NCBI RefSeq assembly: GCF_006345805.1
Contig: NC_043020.1
Coordinates: 29,698,001 to 29,762,000 of the forward strand
Reading direction: 5' to 3'
DNA from: Octopus sinensis
Lineage: Eukaryota
Length of the DNA stretch: 64,000 bases
Shown: positions 37,810-51,168 of the stretch, in pieces
Layout of the letters: each line of letters begins with the position of its first letter
Numbering within the stretch: position 1 is the stretch's first letter
Position numbers and translations under genes: made by a program
The notes under the pieces: model-generated
The model's database searches: none
What the model saw: the letters and a program-made list of their open reading frames with translations, nothing else
Told to the model about the DNA's origin: nothing

Positions 37810-39364
37810 TACTTCTTGGGGACACTAACTTAACTATGGTTAAGATGATGGCGTGTCTGAGTAACTTATTTCCAAAGATGTTCTTTGAGAGAAGAATTTG
37901 GCTGCTTTATTGAATCGAGCAACTTGAAGGCTTCTTTGTTGGTTTACTGCCTCATTAGTTTAATCATTTGATGTTCTGTTGTTAATTGGCAGCGGTGGTG
38001 GTCATGGTGGTGGTGGCGCTGTTACCATCGGTGCCATAATGTTAACAGTTCTACTTTTAAACTGAGATGTTTGGTCTACTTTCCTGTTACCATTCTTTCT
38101 TTCTAGTCTGTGAGTGCCTGCTATGATTACATTCTATTTTAACGACTTGTTTTGTAATTTGCTGTTTAACTTAACCTTTGTTTCATTGCTCTGTGTATAT
38201 AATTATTTGCCTTTGCCAGATTTCTTTCTGATTGCTCCAACATTGTGAATGCCTAACACGATTCTCAGCTCTCTTAAATCTATAGAAAGGTTAAAAACGA
38301 TTTTGCAAATTCACTCCTCATTCTTCACAATCGTTCATTCTTCTCAGATATTCCAAACATAATCTTGTAGAACTTTTTTTTTTGTTTTCTTTGGTGGTGG
38401 GTGAATGTGGATTCTGTAGTTATTTTGTTTCAATGTTTTTATTTGCTTGTTTTTCCCACCTCTGGGCACAAACATGGCACTATGGTTAAGGAGCTCACTT
38501 TGCCATTTGGTTTTGTGTTCTGTGCCATGGGAAGTGTCTTTTACTGGAGCCCCAAGTCAACCAATAACTTGTGAGTGAATTTGGTAAATGCAAACTAAAA
38601 GCCTATCGTATATGTGTTCATGTTTGTTCCTCACACACATACCATTTGACAGCCAGTGAGGGTTTGTTTACATCCCTGTAATTTAACAGTTTGGCAAAAG
38701 AGATCACCAGAATATATGCCAGACTTTAAAAACTTAAGTACTGGGCTTGATTTCTTCAACCAAACTCTTCACGGCCACAATCAAATGATTGAAACAAGTA
38801 AACGCTAAAAGATTCCAAAGTTCCATCTTCGGTGAAGACGTCACAGGTTCTTAACTAAATTATTCTAAATATGAGCTTAAGTATATTCTACACACACACA
38901 CACACACTGGAGTGTAAGAATGGAAATAAAAGTACTCAATACATCTAGAAGAATTTATTTGATGAAAGCTGATGATTCTCCACCATTTCTACTTGTTTGG
39001 GTTTTTTTTCCTTCTTCCCCACTTTTGTTTGAATGATTTACTTCAATTCATATTCCGGTGTTTTATTGTTTTGTCTGCAAATTGTTTCTGAGATGCCTTT
39101 GCCTCTCATACTCCCGAGGTCACTGAAATAAGCACCAATAATGGCTACAGACTTAATAATACATTATTTCTATTCCTCATAAATGGTAATCAAGAGAAAT
39201 CAATAGCCTGAGTTCAAATTATTCTGCTGTATCCCTTCCTTAGAAAATATTGGCTTTGTGCCTCATTGAAATAAATCAATATTTCCTGAAAGCTAGAATT
39301 TCATCACCCCCTCCTCTTCCTCCTCCCCAATTATTGTCCAGACTTACATTTTATAGACATTACA

Positions 39365-39740
39365 GTGTGGGAAGTAGTTTGCTACCCAACCACATGGTTC
39401 CAGGTTCATTTCCATTGCATGGCACCTTGGGAAAATGTCTTCTACTGTAGTCCCAGGTTGACCAAAGCCTTGTGAGTGGATTTGACAGAAGGAAACTGAA
39501 AGAAGCCCATCATGTTTGTGTGTGTGTGTGTGTGTGCATAGCTTTGCGTTTGTCCCCTACCACTACTTGACTACTGGTACTGGTTTGTTTACATCCCCAT
39601 AACTTAGGACTTCAGCATAAGAGACCATTAAAATAGGCTTTAAAAAAATAAGAACTTGGGTCAGTTTATTTGACTGAAAGCCTTCAAGGCGAATGCTCCA
39701 GCATGACCACCATCCAATCACTGAAACAAGTAAAAGATAA
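39365..39740 (+). mobile_element. SINE family A1
   Basis: CAACCACATGGTTCCAGGTTCA...GAAACAAGTAAAAGAT. An older copy lies at ~38470-38810. Confidence 0.8.
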
Positions 39741-40403
39741 TGTTTGTGAATCTCTACAGTTCTTGGTATTTAAGCCACTTCCTCTTCGGTCCTCCTAAAC
39801 CCAATCTTCTCAGAATGTTTTCTTCTCTGGCATTCCATCCCTGCCCCTGTTTGTTTTGTCCCCTGCAGCATCAACTCAGAACTATTTGAGATGAACATGG
39901 ATCATGTTGATCTTATCAGCCTTGGAAGGTCTTCAATAGCCATTGACGCCACTTCTTCCTTCAGCCCTTAGCAATCAAAAATAATGTAGGCCCTGACTGA
40001 GCAGCAGACCTGTGATGGAAAATATTCCTCTCATAATCATCTCTTTTTTTTCCATTAATGTACATTGTGCTAATTACCCAATGGTAGTCTTTACAACAGT
40101 GGGGTATGATTTGAAGGAAATTAACTGTTATGTCAAACAAGCCCTGTTGGCCTTAGATCCCTTGCAAATTATACAATGTAAGGGCTTTTTATATTAATCC
40201 CACCCCATCCCCGCATTTACCATTAATGGTATCCTATTCACACTCAAATAGAAATTGTAAATATTTCTTCTCATTTGGCAATCCTCTTTAAGATTATCAT
40301 CTTGAAAGTTTCTTACGCCAGAGGTTGATTTGATGTCAGGTGTAAAAATCAGGGTTGTTTACATTATCAGTGACTTCCTTACGAAACAAGTATTACTATT
40401 ATT

Positions 40404-40437
<34 letters not shown>

Positions 40438-41500
40438 TTACAACTATGAATAAACCATGGACCCAGATTGTTTATGCGATGCTCAGTCTGATTCCCTTTC
40501 AGGGCCACCATCTGTTTTACTGGCATCAGTTTGTTTTGCTTTTTGTTTATTCTTCAACCTTCTTATTTCCATGTGTAAGATGAGATTTCTTCTTTTTTCC
40601 CCCCTATATAACACTTCTCTCTCTCTCTCAACTCACCCTCAACACACATTTTACCATTTTCCCCTATATGTGCCCCTCCCCTCCAAAAATTACTTGGGAT
40701 CAGCTAGTTTTGTTCACAGGGTCTAACAATATTAGTTCAGAGTTAAACCAGAGAAAGTTTAGCCAATATTCCACATTTTTCTTTTTCTATGTGGAGTATT
40801 TCTATGGAGATCCTTCAAGAATCACTGAGTCTGTCTTCGGTAATGATCAGCTTACCTGAATGGCATTGCAGATAGAACTGGTTGTTGTTGAGCCCCAGGT
40901 TATCATCAAAAGCATTCCCGTTATGGCCATCCCATCTTAAGAGTGTCTTGGTCTATATTATCTAATGTATCTTCTCCCCAACCTTTTTTTTTTTCTTTTT
41001 GTAAGACTATAAATTGATGGATATTTGGCTGCTATATCTAGAAGGTTGAGCAACTGCATCGAGATTCTTTGACTGATTTGTTAGGAAGATATGTTAGGAA
41101 TATAAGTTAGGAAGATAAGTTAGGAAGATATGGTAGTAAGAGTTCATAAAATACCAATAAATTTGATGAGCAAGAAGAACGGAAATGCTTGTTTCAAACT
41201 TTTGTCCCCCGGAAGAGATCAGGAAACACTGAAAGCATTGTTGACCTGGCTCTCAGCAACGAGTGACTATATATCAAGATTCTATAACCTTTCTTTTACA
41301 TTCATCGTTTCAATGCAGACGAGCTCTAGGGTCCTTGGAGTCCAAACTTCACCTAATTTCTGGTTAGTTAGGCACAAAGTCCAGAGAGATGCTTAGTCCC
41401 AAGAACCAAAATCAATGAATTGACAGAGAATCCATAACTGTTAAGTCACATGACCATTGCAACTCTTTATTCTAATAGGAAACTAACCCTAACCCTTATA

Positions 41501-41671
41501 GGCGCAGGAGTGGCTGTGTGGTAAGTAGCTTGCTTATGAACCACATGGTTCCGGGTTCATTCCCACTGCGTGGCACCTTGGGCAAGTGTCTTCTACTATA
41601 GCCTCAGGCCGACCAAAGCCTTGTGAGTGGATTTGGTAGACGGAAACTGAAAGAAGCCCGTCGTATATATG

Positions 41672-41702
<31 letters not shown>

Positions 41703-41904
41703 GTTTGTGTGTCTGTTTGTCCCCCCAACATCGCTTGACAACCGATGCTGGTGTGTTTACGTCCCCGCAACTTAGCGGTTCGACAAAAGAGACCGATACA
41801 TTAAGTACTAGGCTTACAAAGAATAAGTCCTGGGGGCGATTTGCTCGACTAAAGGCGGTGCTCCAGCATGGCTACAGTCACATGGCTGAAACGAGTAAAA
41901 GAGA
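41501..41904 (+). mobile_element. SINE family A1, young full-length copy
   Basis: GGCGCAGGAGTGGCTGTGTGGTAAG...GGTTCATTCCC...GTAAAAGAGAG with most CpGs intact. Confidence 0.92.
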
Positions 41905-41988
41905 GAGAGAGAGAGAGAGACACCAGAAATTCTTACATTCAGTTTATTAAGTCCCAGGTCTGTTGATTATCATTGCTACATGGCTAAG

Positions 41989-42059
41989 GGCTTGCAAAGT
42001 TTAATGGCTTGCAAATTTAATGGCTTGCAAGTTTAATGGCTTGCAAGTTTAATGGCTTG
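41989..42059. repeat. 16-bp tandem repeat, ~4.4 copies
   Basis: Unit GGCTTGCAAGTTTAAT. A separate ~13-bp array (GTTAGGAAGATAA/T) lies at ~41080-41131. Confidence 0.9.
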
Positions 42060-42366
42060 TGTGCAATATTATACTGTTCCAATCTACTTCATCTCAGCTA
42101 TCTTTCAGTTGTTCTCAAGAAGTCTATTTCTGTGTTATGTAGACTAGAGAAACTATTAATAATTCTCTTCAGTCTGCAATGCATTGACATCTCTCCAGAA
42201 AATGCTGTTGGTAGCCACCTGGCATAAATTCCTCAGTTCCACTTGTTGTAGAGAAACCATTTGCATAAAAACTATTCAGTCTGTGATGAGGAAGCGACAA
42301 CACTGACTAAACTACTATTATTATTATTATTATTATTGTAATCATTTCACTAAGTATGGGAGACAA

Positions 42367-42407
42367 CTTCAGACATGTTTCGTTATCATTAAACTTCATC
42401 AGCGAAG
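42367..42407 (-). ncRNA. Minimal type I hammerhead ribozyme-like motif (core intact)
   Basis: Minus strand CTTCG-CTGATGA-A-GTT-TAATGAT-AAC-GAA-ACATGT-C-TGAAG: complete CUGAUGA/GAAA core, GUC triplet, palindromic stem III, 5-bp stem I. Confidence 0.65.
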
Positions 42408-43285
42408 CATAGATTTCACCATGATTGCTCACAGGATTATGTTAATGACATGCAACAGTATATTACTGGTATTATGAACCCAAAAGGAGAGCCTTTATGC
42501 AGTTGCTTAATCTGCTGGAAATGGCAGTAAAATTTCTCTCAAATCACTCCCCTACTTTCTTTAAATGAAGGGAAGGCAACACATTGATGTAGTCCCTGAT
42601 ATATTAAGACAGGATAGTCATGTTTGGAACACTTTTGCTTATAGGGCTGCTTAATCAGGTATGATCAGGGATGGAGAGCTAAACAATGACAACATCCAGT
42701 GTTAGGGAACTTGAAAATTGTTAGTGGTAAAAAAGAAATCTCTTCTTTAGGGAGTGGAAGGTGGGGGAGCCTTTTTCCTTCCTTTTTTTTTTTTTTTCTT
42801 TCCCAAACACTTCCTTTTGAGAGAGGAAGCTGTCATAAAAGGAAATAAACCTTTTAACATGTTATACTCCGCAGATATTTGAAATCTTAATCATTCCATG
42901 ATGTTAAATATAATCAGTCAGTAGTCAGACAACACATATCTGACCAGATGTCTTTCCATCATGCACACACACACACAAAGGGAAGCAGAAGGCTTTCTGC
43001 TTCCCTTTTGTTTACCCCCACTAGGTACACTTGCTACAAACAGAAGCAACAAAAGCTTCCCCTTTACAAAATGCCTTCCTTAGTTTTTTCATTTTGTTTT
43101 TCTTTTCATTTCACAAATTTGAAATTCCTAGCAGCTCCTAAGACATATGTGTGTGTGTGTGTGGTATTTATTCTGTTGGTGATTTTTGCTGAACCACTAA
43201 GTTAGGAAGATATAAACAAACCAACAATGGTTGACAAACATTAGTGGGGATGGAATGCAAGCACATACAGACATGAACACATAAG

Positions 43286-43318
<33 letters not shown>

Positions 43319-43896
43319 GATGGGATTCCATGAAATTCTACAGTTTCCATCCACCAAATCCACTCACAAGGTTTTGGTCAGCCCATTGTTGTAGTAGAAG
43401 ACTCTTACCCAAGGTGTCACGCAGGACTGAACCTAAAACTATGTGGTTTCAAGGCAAACTAATTAGCAAATTAATTGGAAGAAAAAAAAGCAAAAATGAT
43501 TAAATGGATTCTGAGAGCATCAGGCAAAATGCTTTGCATTCAGCACTTTTTTGCATCCTGTGTTTTTATCACATTGAGGTCAACATCTCCTAACATTCTT
43601 CTGGGGTCAATAAATAAATTTTTTAAATCCTCAAGGGCAGTGGCTGTGCAGAATTGTTAGAGGATCAAGTTGCCTAGCAACATGTTCTAGCTCTTTGTAT
43701 TACTAGTCCAAATCTTACCATGATGGCCTGTTTGAGTGTAAAAACATCACCCAGTTTAACACCACCGCCACCCAGTCCTTGGGTACCCCAAACTAATCAA
43801 TCTAACAAGTTTCCAGCTCTTGTTTCTAACTTCAGCAAATTATTTGTGTGATGCCTGCAGGTGTCTACCAACTGATCATAAATTGTCGTGTGCACA

Positions 43897-43952
43897 GGGG
43901 GTTTGACTGATGAGGCGCAACGATGTTGAAACATCAGGTGTTCCAGAGTCCC
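43897..43952 (+). ncRNA. Decayed hammerhead-like motif
   Basis: GGGGGTTTGA-CTGATGA-GGCG-CAACGA-TGTT-GAA-ACAT-CAG-GTGT-T-CCAGAGTCCC; stem II mostly G-U pairs, stem I has two mismatches. Confidence 0.4.
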
Positions 43953-44096
43953 ATTAGGCTAATGAATTGTGTTAGGAGCACACATTTGCCTAAAAGTCAT
44001 TGTTGTAGATCTCCTGTGGCAAAAGACGACAGGAATTGATCTCTTCTGGAATGTATTAATAAATAAGCAAATCATAATAACAATAATAATAATAAT

Positions 44097-44475
44097 AATG
44101 GTTTCAAATTTTGGCACAAGGCTAGCAATTTCAGGGGAGGGATGAGTCAATTACATTGACCCCAGTGTTCAACTGGTGCTTATTTTATTTCATCCCTGAA
44201 AGGATGAAAGGCCAAGTCAACCCCAACAGCATTTGAACTCAGAACATAAAGATGGACGAAGTGCCACCAGGCAGCATGCTACCAATCCTGCCAGCTCATC
44301 ACAATAATAATAATCTTTTCTACTCTAGGCACAAAGTCTGAAAATTTGGGGAAGAGGGCTAGTCGATTAGATCAACCCCAGTACGCAACTGGTACTTAAT
44401 TTATCGACCCCAAAAGGATGAAAGGCAAAGTTGGCCTCAGCGGAATTTGAACTCAGAACCTAATGACAGACAAAA
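44097..44475 (-). mobile_element. Two SINE family B copies, reverse orientation
   Basis: Two GGATGAAAGGC-AAGT...ATTTGAACTCAGAAC segments separated and flanked by (AAT)n. Confidence 0.8.
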
Positions 44476-45760
44476 ATATAATAATAATGATAATAACTAA
44501 CCAAATGCCATCTTGTGCAAACAACGATTGGGTGTTTGATATTCAAGTGAGAACATCTAAAGAAAAAAAATAAATAATGCAAATTTTTTCTTGTTTTTTT
44601 TCCTCTTTTGAATCGCTTTCTTCTCCCGCTAACCCCTTGAAGATGTTTATATCTGATAATTTTGTTGGAATTTAAAACTCTCTTTTCAAACCAAATTATT
44701 TCTTAATGATAAAGCAACAGATAATGAAAGTAATCTATAATTCTTGATTATTCAAGCTGAATTCCACAGACATTTCTCATGTCTGCATTGATGTCGCACC
44801 TCTTCAAGAAGTTATCCCCCCCCCAGTTCCCTAAAGCCTTTCCCCTGCATATTTTACAAGTCCTTGTTTCAAATCTGCTGCTCCTGTCTTTGTATTAATT
44901 TATAATTATTTCTTCTTATTTTTTTTAATTAATTATAGTTTACTATGACAACTATTTTTATATTATGGAAAAATATTTCCATTTGAATTTAAGAAATGAA
45001 CAGCATTTTATCTTCATCAATTAGCAAAGCCTGATGTAATAATAATAATAATAATAATAATGGTTATAGTTTTATGATGTTTAGCTTGACTGCAATAGTT
45101 TATTTTCCTCTTCTCAGGCACACACATTGTGTGTGTGTGTAGGAGCAGTGAATCTTGAAGCAGACAATGCTATAAACAGTAGTGTGAAAATATTGAGTTC
45201 AAACATTCCTTGTGTCAGAAAAAGTTGAAGGTTGCATTCTCTTAAAAAGAACCATTCCACATTCTCTCTCAGATTTCTAAATTATGATGTTAACAATAAA
45301 TATAATAGATTTGATAATAAAATAATAATGAAATTGTGTGCGTATGTGTATGTACAGACACACACAATTTCATTATTATTATTATATATATATATATATA
45401 TATATATAAAACCTTGATATTTTACATTCTTATTTAGCATTTGTGCTAATTTGTTCCATTTGTTCTTTACATTCACTTTTCCATGCTGACATGGGTTAGG
45501 GGAATATATTATTGAAGGATTGCTTCAAGTCAGGGATCTTTTGCTTCACACCTCTTTGAAAACTCAAAAAGCAAACAAGCAATTTTGTTGACAAGGCAAA
45601 GTGACGACAACAGCACTGCTCTCGCCAAGCAATTTATGTAGGGCCCAAATGTGAACAAATGCACATGCACACATACACACACACAAAGACACACAAATAT
45701 ATATACATATATATATGTATATATATACACACACATACATATATATATACATATATACAA

Positions 45761-45923
45761 TGGGCTTCTTCCAGTTTCCGTGTCTACCAAATCCACTCAC
45801 AAGGTTTTGGTCGGCCCGTGGCTACAGTAGAAGACATTTGCCCAAGGTGCCACGCAATGGGACTGAACCCAGAACCATGTGGTTGGGAAGCAAGCTTCTT
45901 ACCACACAGCCACACCTGTGCCT
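45761..45923 (-). mobile_element. SINE family A head, reverse orientation
   Basis: Near reverse complement of 41501-41663. Confidence 0.88.
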
Positions 45924-46091
45924 ATATTCATATAAATAATGAGAAACATATTTCCTCTTTGTTTTAAACAAGTTTTTATAAGATTCTGTAGAATTATTCT
46001 TTGAGTAACAAATCTTAGTCATTGGTGTCAGGCACTTTAGTCATCCGGAGTCTAAAAACCTACTAACCATTCTGACTGACTGGTGTTCTCT

Positions 46092-46143
<52 letters not shown>

Positions 46144-46773
46144 CCCCCCCCCCCCCCCATATTCACGTGTTGTTACTAAACAGACTTTTGGAAGCAAGAT
46201 TGAGGCATTAAAGAAACGTTAACGCAATCTGAAGTTTTGAAGAATTTTTAAAATACTTCAAATATATTTGACGAATGACCTTTCTTAGGTTGGAAGCAGG
46301 CTGGGGGGAGGGATCAGGTCAGTAAAATTAAAATTTGATTTCATTAAAAACGAAAAATTAAAAAATGCAGATATTTAAATTAGGTAAGTCAAACAAAATT
46401 GAATCTTACTAATGAACAGCAGATCTCCACCCTTGCTATTAGAAAAAAAAAAAAAACCCCTTAGAAATATTTCGCATAGTTTTGTAGTACATCACAGCTG
46501 GTCCATATAAGCTGTTTCTGAGCTTATGTGGCAACGGGGTCTTTTTTCCTTTTCCTTTTCCTTTTTTTTTTTTTCTCCCTCCATTTCATCTCTTTCCTTC
46601 TCTGCATCTATCTTATTATCAAATCTTTCCTTGCATCTCTATTTACCTACCTCGTAATATCTGTGTACATTACACAGACAGATGCTAGCAACGTTGCTAT
46701 CTCTTGGAATCGTGGTGAACGCCATTAGTTTTTTGTGGTGTTCTGTGAGAATCTAACAACTGATCAACCATTC

Positions 46774-46810
<37 letters not shown>

Positions 46811-46911
46811 ACAGCAGCAGCAAGCATGGAAAACATCTACTTTCCCATGCTTGCATGGGTCGGATGAAAATATGCTGGGGTAGGGTACTCTAAGACTAGA
46901 TGCCCTTCCAC

Positions 46912-47146
46912 TTATTTCTTTACTGCCCACAAAGGGCTACACACAGAGGGGACAAACAAGGACAGACAAACAGATTAAGTCTATTATATCGACCCCAGTG
47001 CATAACTGGTACTTATTTAATTGACCCCAAAAGGATGAAAGGCAAAGTCGACCTCAGCAGAATTTGAACTCAGAGCATAATGGCAGACGAAATACTGCTA
47101 AAGTATTTCGCCCAGAGTGCTAACGTTTCTGCCAGCTCGCCGCCTT
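46912..47146 (-). mobile_element. SINE family B, full length, reverse orientation
   Basis: TATTTCTTTACTGCCCAC...AGGATGAAAGGCAAAGTCGACC...CTGCCAGCTCGCCGCCTT. Confidence 0.88.
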
Positions 47147-47284
47147 CCACTTGCCAAGCCACATCTGTTTTCAAATGAGCCAATAGCCTCCCAGACTAAC
47201 AAACAACCCGGACATGCTTTCATAGTGGACTACAAGCAACCAGCACCATCAGGAAGCCATTATTTACAAACCAGCAAACAAGAA

Positions 47285-47601
<317 letters not shown>

Positions 47602-47607
47602 TCTGCA

Positions 47608-47927
47608 AGCTCCTTTCAGTTTTCATCTACCAAATCCACTTACAAGGCTTTGGCCAGTCCAGGGCTATCGTGGAATACACTTTCCCAAGGTGTCACGTAG
47701 GGGTTCATCATTTAACATTCAAATTAACTCTGTCAAATCTGATGCTTTATTTACTCACGTTGTTTTCAATTAGTCATGAATTAATTATCTCATAGCTTCA
47801 AGATTTTCATGATGTGATCGTATATTTTTAGAATGACATTGTAGGGTAGGTGTGAGAGGCTGGATATGACCAGTTTAAATGCTAAATGGTTAAACCATTT
47901 CTTAACCACACAGCCCTGCCCACACCC
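47608..47927 (-). mobile_element. SINE family A head interrupted by a piggyBac-like MITE (~47705-47893)
   Basis: SINE sequence stops at ~47700 and resumes at TTCTTAACCACACAGCC; the insert ends TTTAAATGCTAAATGGTTAA and is the reverse complement of the 49281 element. Confidence 0.65.
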
Positions 47928-47989
47928 ATGGATACGGTTTACAATGTTTTTGCCCTTTTTTGTCTTGCAAGATACCTCGTGACCCGGTT

Positions 47990-48181
47990 GATGGTGGCGC
48001 CACTTAAAAAGCACCGAGGACACTGTGAAGTGGTTGGCATTTGGAAGGGCATCCAGCTGTAGAAACCAAGCCAAAACAAACAATGGAGCCTGGTGCAGCT
48101 CTCCAGCCTTGCCAGCCCCTGTCTAACCATCCAACCCATGCCTGCATGGAAAACAGACACTAAATGATGATGATGATGATG
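47990..48181 (+). mobile_element. Family C retroposon
   Basis: AGTGGTTGGCATTTGGAAGGGCATCCAGCTGTAGAAACC...(GAT)n. Confidence 0.8.
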
Positions 48182-49276
48182 TATAGCAACCAGAAATATC
48201 TCTTTTAGTCGTTAGTCATTTCATTTAATGAATTAATATCATGAGATGAGATTTTACAAAAAAATTAACGTAAGTCCTGATGGCTTTATTCAGGATTATT
48301 AAACGACAAAACTGATGTGCTAATTATAGCCAGGGCAATTGCTATTTACATAATTGCACATAATATTCGGTATTTAGATAAATACTGCTTTCATTGAAAT
48401 GATCCATTTTTATTGAGGCTGTAAAGCTATTTATTGGTGAGTAATTGTTCGACTTTCATTGAGCCAATCTTTGCTGAAGAGGGAACCAGCATATCAAATT
48501 TAACATTTGAGAGAATGATCTGTAGATTTTTCTAGTACACCGGTTGACCCATATTTCTACATTGCCTGGGAATTTGTTAACGATATTGGCTGTGTGTGTG
48601 TGTGTGTGTGTGATACAGAACATCATCAGAACATATTACATTCAGTTTGTTGTCTCTCAAGCCTACCTTTTCTGTAATTGACTAGTCAACACATGAGCCT
48701 CTATGCAGTCATTCCACCTGCTAGAAATAGCAACCAATTTCTCTCATATCCTTCCCTATTATCTTGAAAGGAAATGGACACATTGGCTGTTACAGTTCTA
48801 GATACTGACCAAAAGATAGGGCAGCCATGTGTAAAATATCTTTTAAGCCTTAAGTTGACTAACTGGGTCTAACCTGGGCCTAAACATTTTTTTTTATAAT
48901 GTATGTCAGTGGAAGAAGCTGATGTTTAGGTGGTGGTGGTGGAGTGTTTTAATCTGTTCCGTTAATTAGTCTAACAAAAATATAAATTAAATTTCCTGCC
49001 GTATACGTTTCCAGACAATTTATTACTAAGCAGAATGTCGTTCAAGTGTTGTTTAGCCCCGGGCCAACCCTGATTGAGTAGACTTATAATGGAAGACATT
49101 CCAGCTATAATTATCCCATCTTATTTTCAGACACTCTATCCACGACTAAGACACAAATTGTGCCATGTCTCTTTTTTTTTTTTTTTTAGATGATAGTGTG
49201 TAGTTTGAGAAAAATTTAGCTGCTTTTTCTAACAGATCAAGTGACAATGCAGAGGCTCCCTCATTAGATCACTTTG

Positions 49277-49505
49277 TTAACCCTTCAGCATTTAAACCAC
49301 TCAAATCCAGCCAAATATTCTAGCTGTTTTATATTCAAATCAGCTGGATCTGACTTCTCACACCAACCCAACAATGTCATTCTAAAAGTAAGCAGCTTTG
49401 CCTTCAAAATCTCAAAATTGCAAGTTAATGCCTGATTAATACCGAACAGTGTGAATAAATAAGCTTCACATGTGACAAGATTAATCTGAATGCCAAAAGG
49501 GTTGA
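49277..49505. mobile_element. piggyBac-like MITE
   Basis: TTAA-CCCTTCAGCATT ... AATGCCAAAAGGG-TTGA. Confidence 0.7.
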
Positions 49506-49949
49506 GTGACCGACGTGAGAAACTGAATATCAAAATTGTTTTTTTAACCAGTTCATTACTGGTCAGTTTGTTATTGCTCATTAACAAACCTTCTTGACCG
49601 CAAAGTATTCTCTGTGGTTGGGGCTGTTGTTATTTGAAGTCACTTTCAGTCAAATTATCTTTACTCTGTGTTCACTGCTTCTAAACGGTTATGACAACCA
49701 GAATAATTTATTTGCAATTAAATTTATAAATACATCTTTTGATTTCAACTTTTAATTATCAGCTGTAAAGGTTATCAATCATTCACATGACATCAGTTTA
49801 TATTTTAAAACCATAAAGCTATTTAAGGGTGCAGTTTTGTGTCACTCAGGGATTGTTAAATATGTAGTAGCCTGATTGATGTGTTGCCCCTAAATTGCTC
49901 TGTTTATATTTAGCAGTCATACCATATATATATATATATATATATATAT

Positions 49950-50234
49950 TTCGCTCTTGCGTCTCACGTTTGATCTTTGACTTCTGGCCGAAATCAGATC
50001 GCCATGTTGATTCGTTAGCCTCTGCACGCATTTTTTTTCTCTCCTTCTTTGTGTTTTTTCTCTGTGTATCTTTCTGTTGAAGAGCGTAGGCTCGAAACGT
50101 TAAAGACTTGTTTTATTTATATTTCCTGAGCGCCATACTAATACAATTGTTTGTTTGTATTCCACCTGCCTTCGTCTTTTGTTTATTTGCGTAAACCTGC
50201 CTTCGTCTTTTGTCTATTTTCATAAAGCTTCCCG

Positions 50235-50236
<2 letters not shown>
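49950..50236 (+). mobile_element. Penelope-like element terminal fragment within a (TA)n tract, carrying a hammerhead-like motif (50069-50106)
   Basis: TCTTT-CTGTTGA-A-GAGC-GTAG-GCTC-GAA-ACGT-T-AAAGA; internal 31-bp duplication at ~50165-50226; CpGs intact, suggesting a young insertion. Confidence 0.65.
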
Positions 50237-50276
<40 letters not shown>

Positions 50277-50479
50277 CATGAAGTAGTTTTAATTCTGCAA
50301 TTATTAATCATTGAAAGATGTAAAGGAAAAGCAAACAGGATCTAAAATGTTTCAAACTTATCCTGATTGATGCTGGGAATCTATGGAAGCACATTTAGAC
50401 AAATACAGACTGTCGTACGTTTTCCAGGAGCAATAGAAATCAGATTAGCCACACACGAGTTACTTCGGATTTCACTCGA

Positions 50480-50842
50480 TTGTTTTAATGTCCACTTTTC
50501 CATATTTGCACGAGTTGGATGGAGGTTAATGGGACAGATTTTCAACGGCCAGATGCCCTTCATGTGACCAACCCTCACCTGTTTCCAAGAGAGGTTCATT
50601 TGACACATTTTAGCAGAATATTGGAAAGGAACGTCAATGCTTGTGACAGGGACACTCATTTACAGCCATCAAGTAATTTCAAGACAAGGACACACGGACA
50701 CACACACACAAAAACCAATGCCCCCCACCCATCACTGAACAATGGGCTTTCCATTGCCCAAATCCACTCACAAAGCTTTGGGCAGCCTAAGGCTACAGTT
50801 GAAGTTCCTTTTTCAAAGTGCCATGTAGTGGGACTGAACCTG
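50480..50842 (-). mobile_element. SINE family A2, reverse orientation
   Basis: TTTAATGTCCACTTTTCCAT...CAGATGCCCTTC...AAATCCACTCACAAAGC...GGGACTGAACC. Confidence 0.75.
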
Positions 50843-50959
50843 AAATATATATATATATATATATTAAAACTGATGTAATACTTACAGTGTGTAATAAAAT
50901 GAAGTAGCATGAAACGATTGTACTACACTACCTTGGATATCCTTGTTGCTTATTTTGAT

Positions 50960-50997
<38 letters not shown>

Positions 50998-51002
<5 letters not shown>

Positions 51003-51168
51003 GGGTCTGGGAAGACAGAAGGCTGCACCAGGCCCAGTTTGATCTGAAACATTGCCAGATCAAACTGGGCCTGGTGCAGCCTTCTGGCTTCCAGACCCCA
51101 GTTGAACCGTCCAACCCATGCTAGCATGGAAAGCGGACGCTAAATGATGATGATGATGATGATGATGA
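50998..51168 (+). mobile_element. Family C retroposon with inverted 5' duplication (fold-back hairpin 50998-51103)
   Basis: 31-bp perfect stem (51016-46 / 51056-86) extending to ~48 bp, 9-nt loop, then the normal family C 3' end and (GAT)n tail. Confidence 0.9.

Noticed and set aside
39850-39970. Acceptor-like CCCTGCAG with a short open frame
   Set aside because: The phase-0 frame stops after 6 codons and the donor (GTCTTC) is poor.
41483-41497. Telomere-like CTAACCCTAACCCT (similar at ~52100)
   Set aside because: Only about two units; insufficient to call an interstitial telomere or element end.
41501-41575. tRNA gene
   Set aside because: A/B boxes belong to a SINE head that continues into the SINE body; no complete cloverleaf evident. 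The same applies to the other copies.
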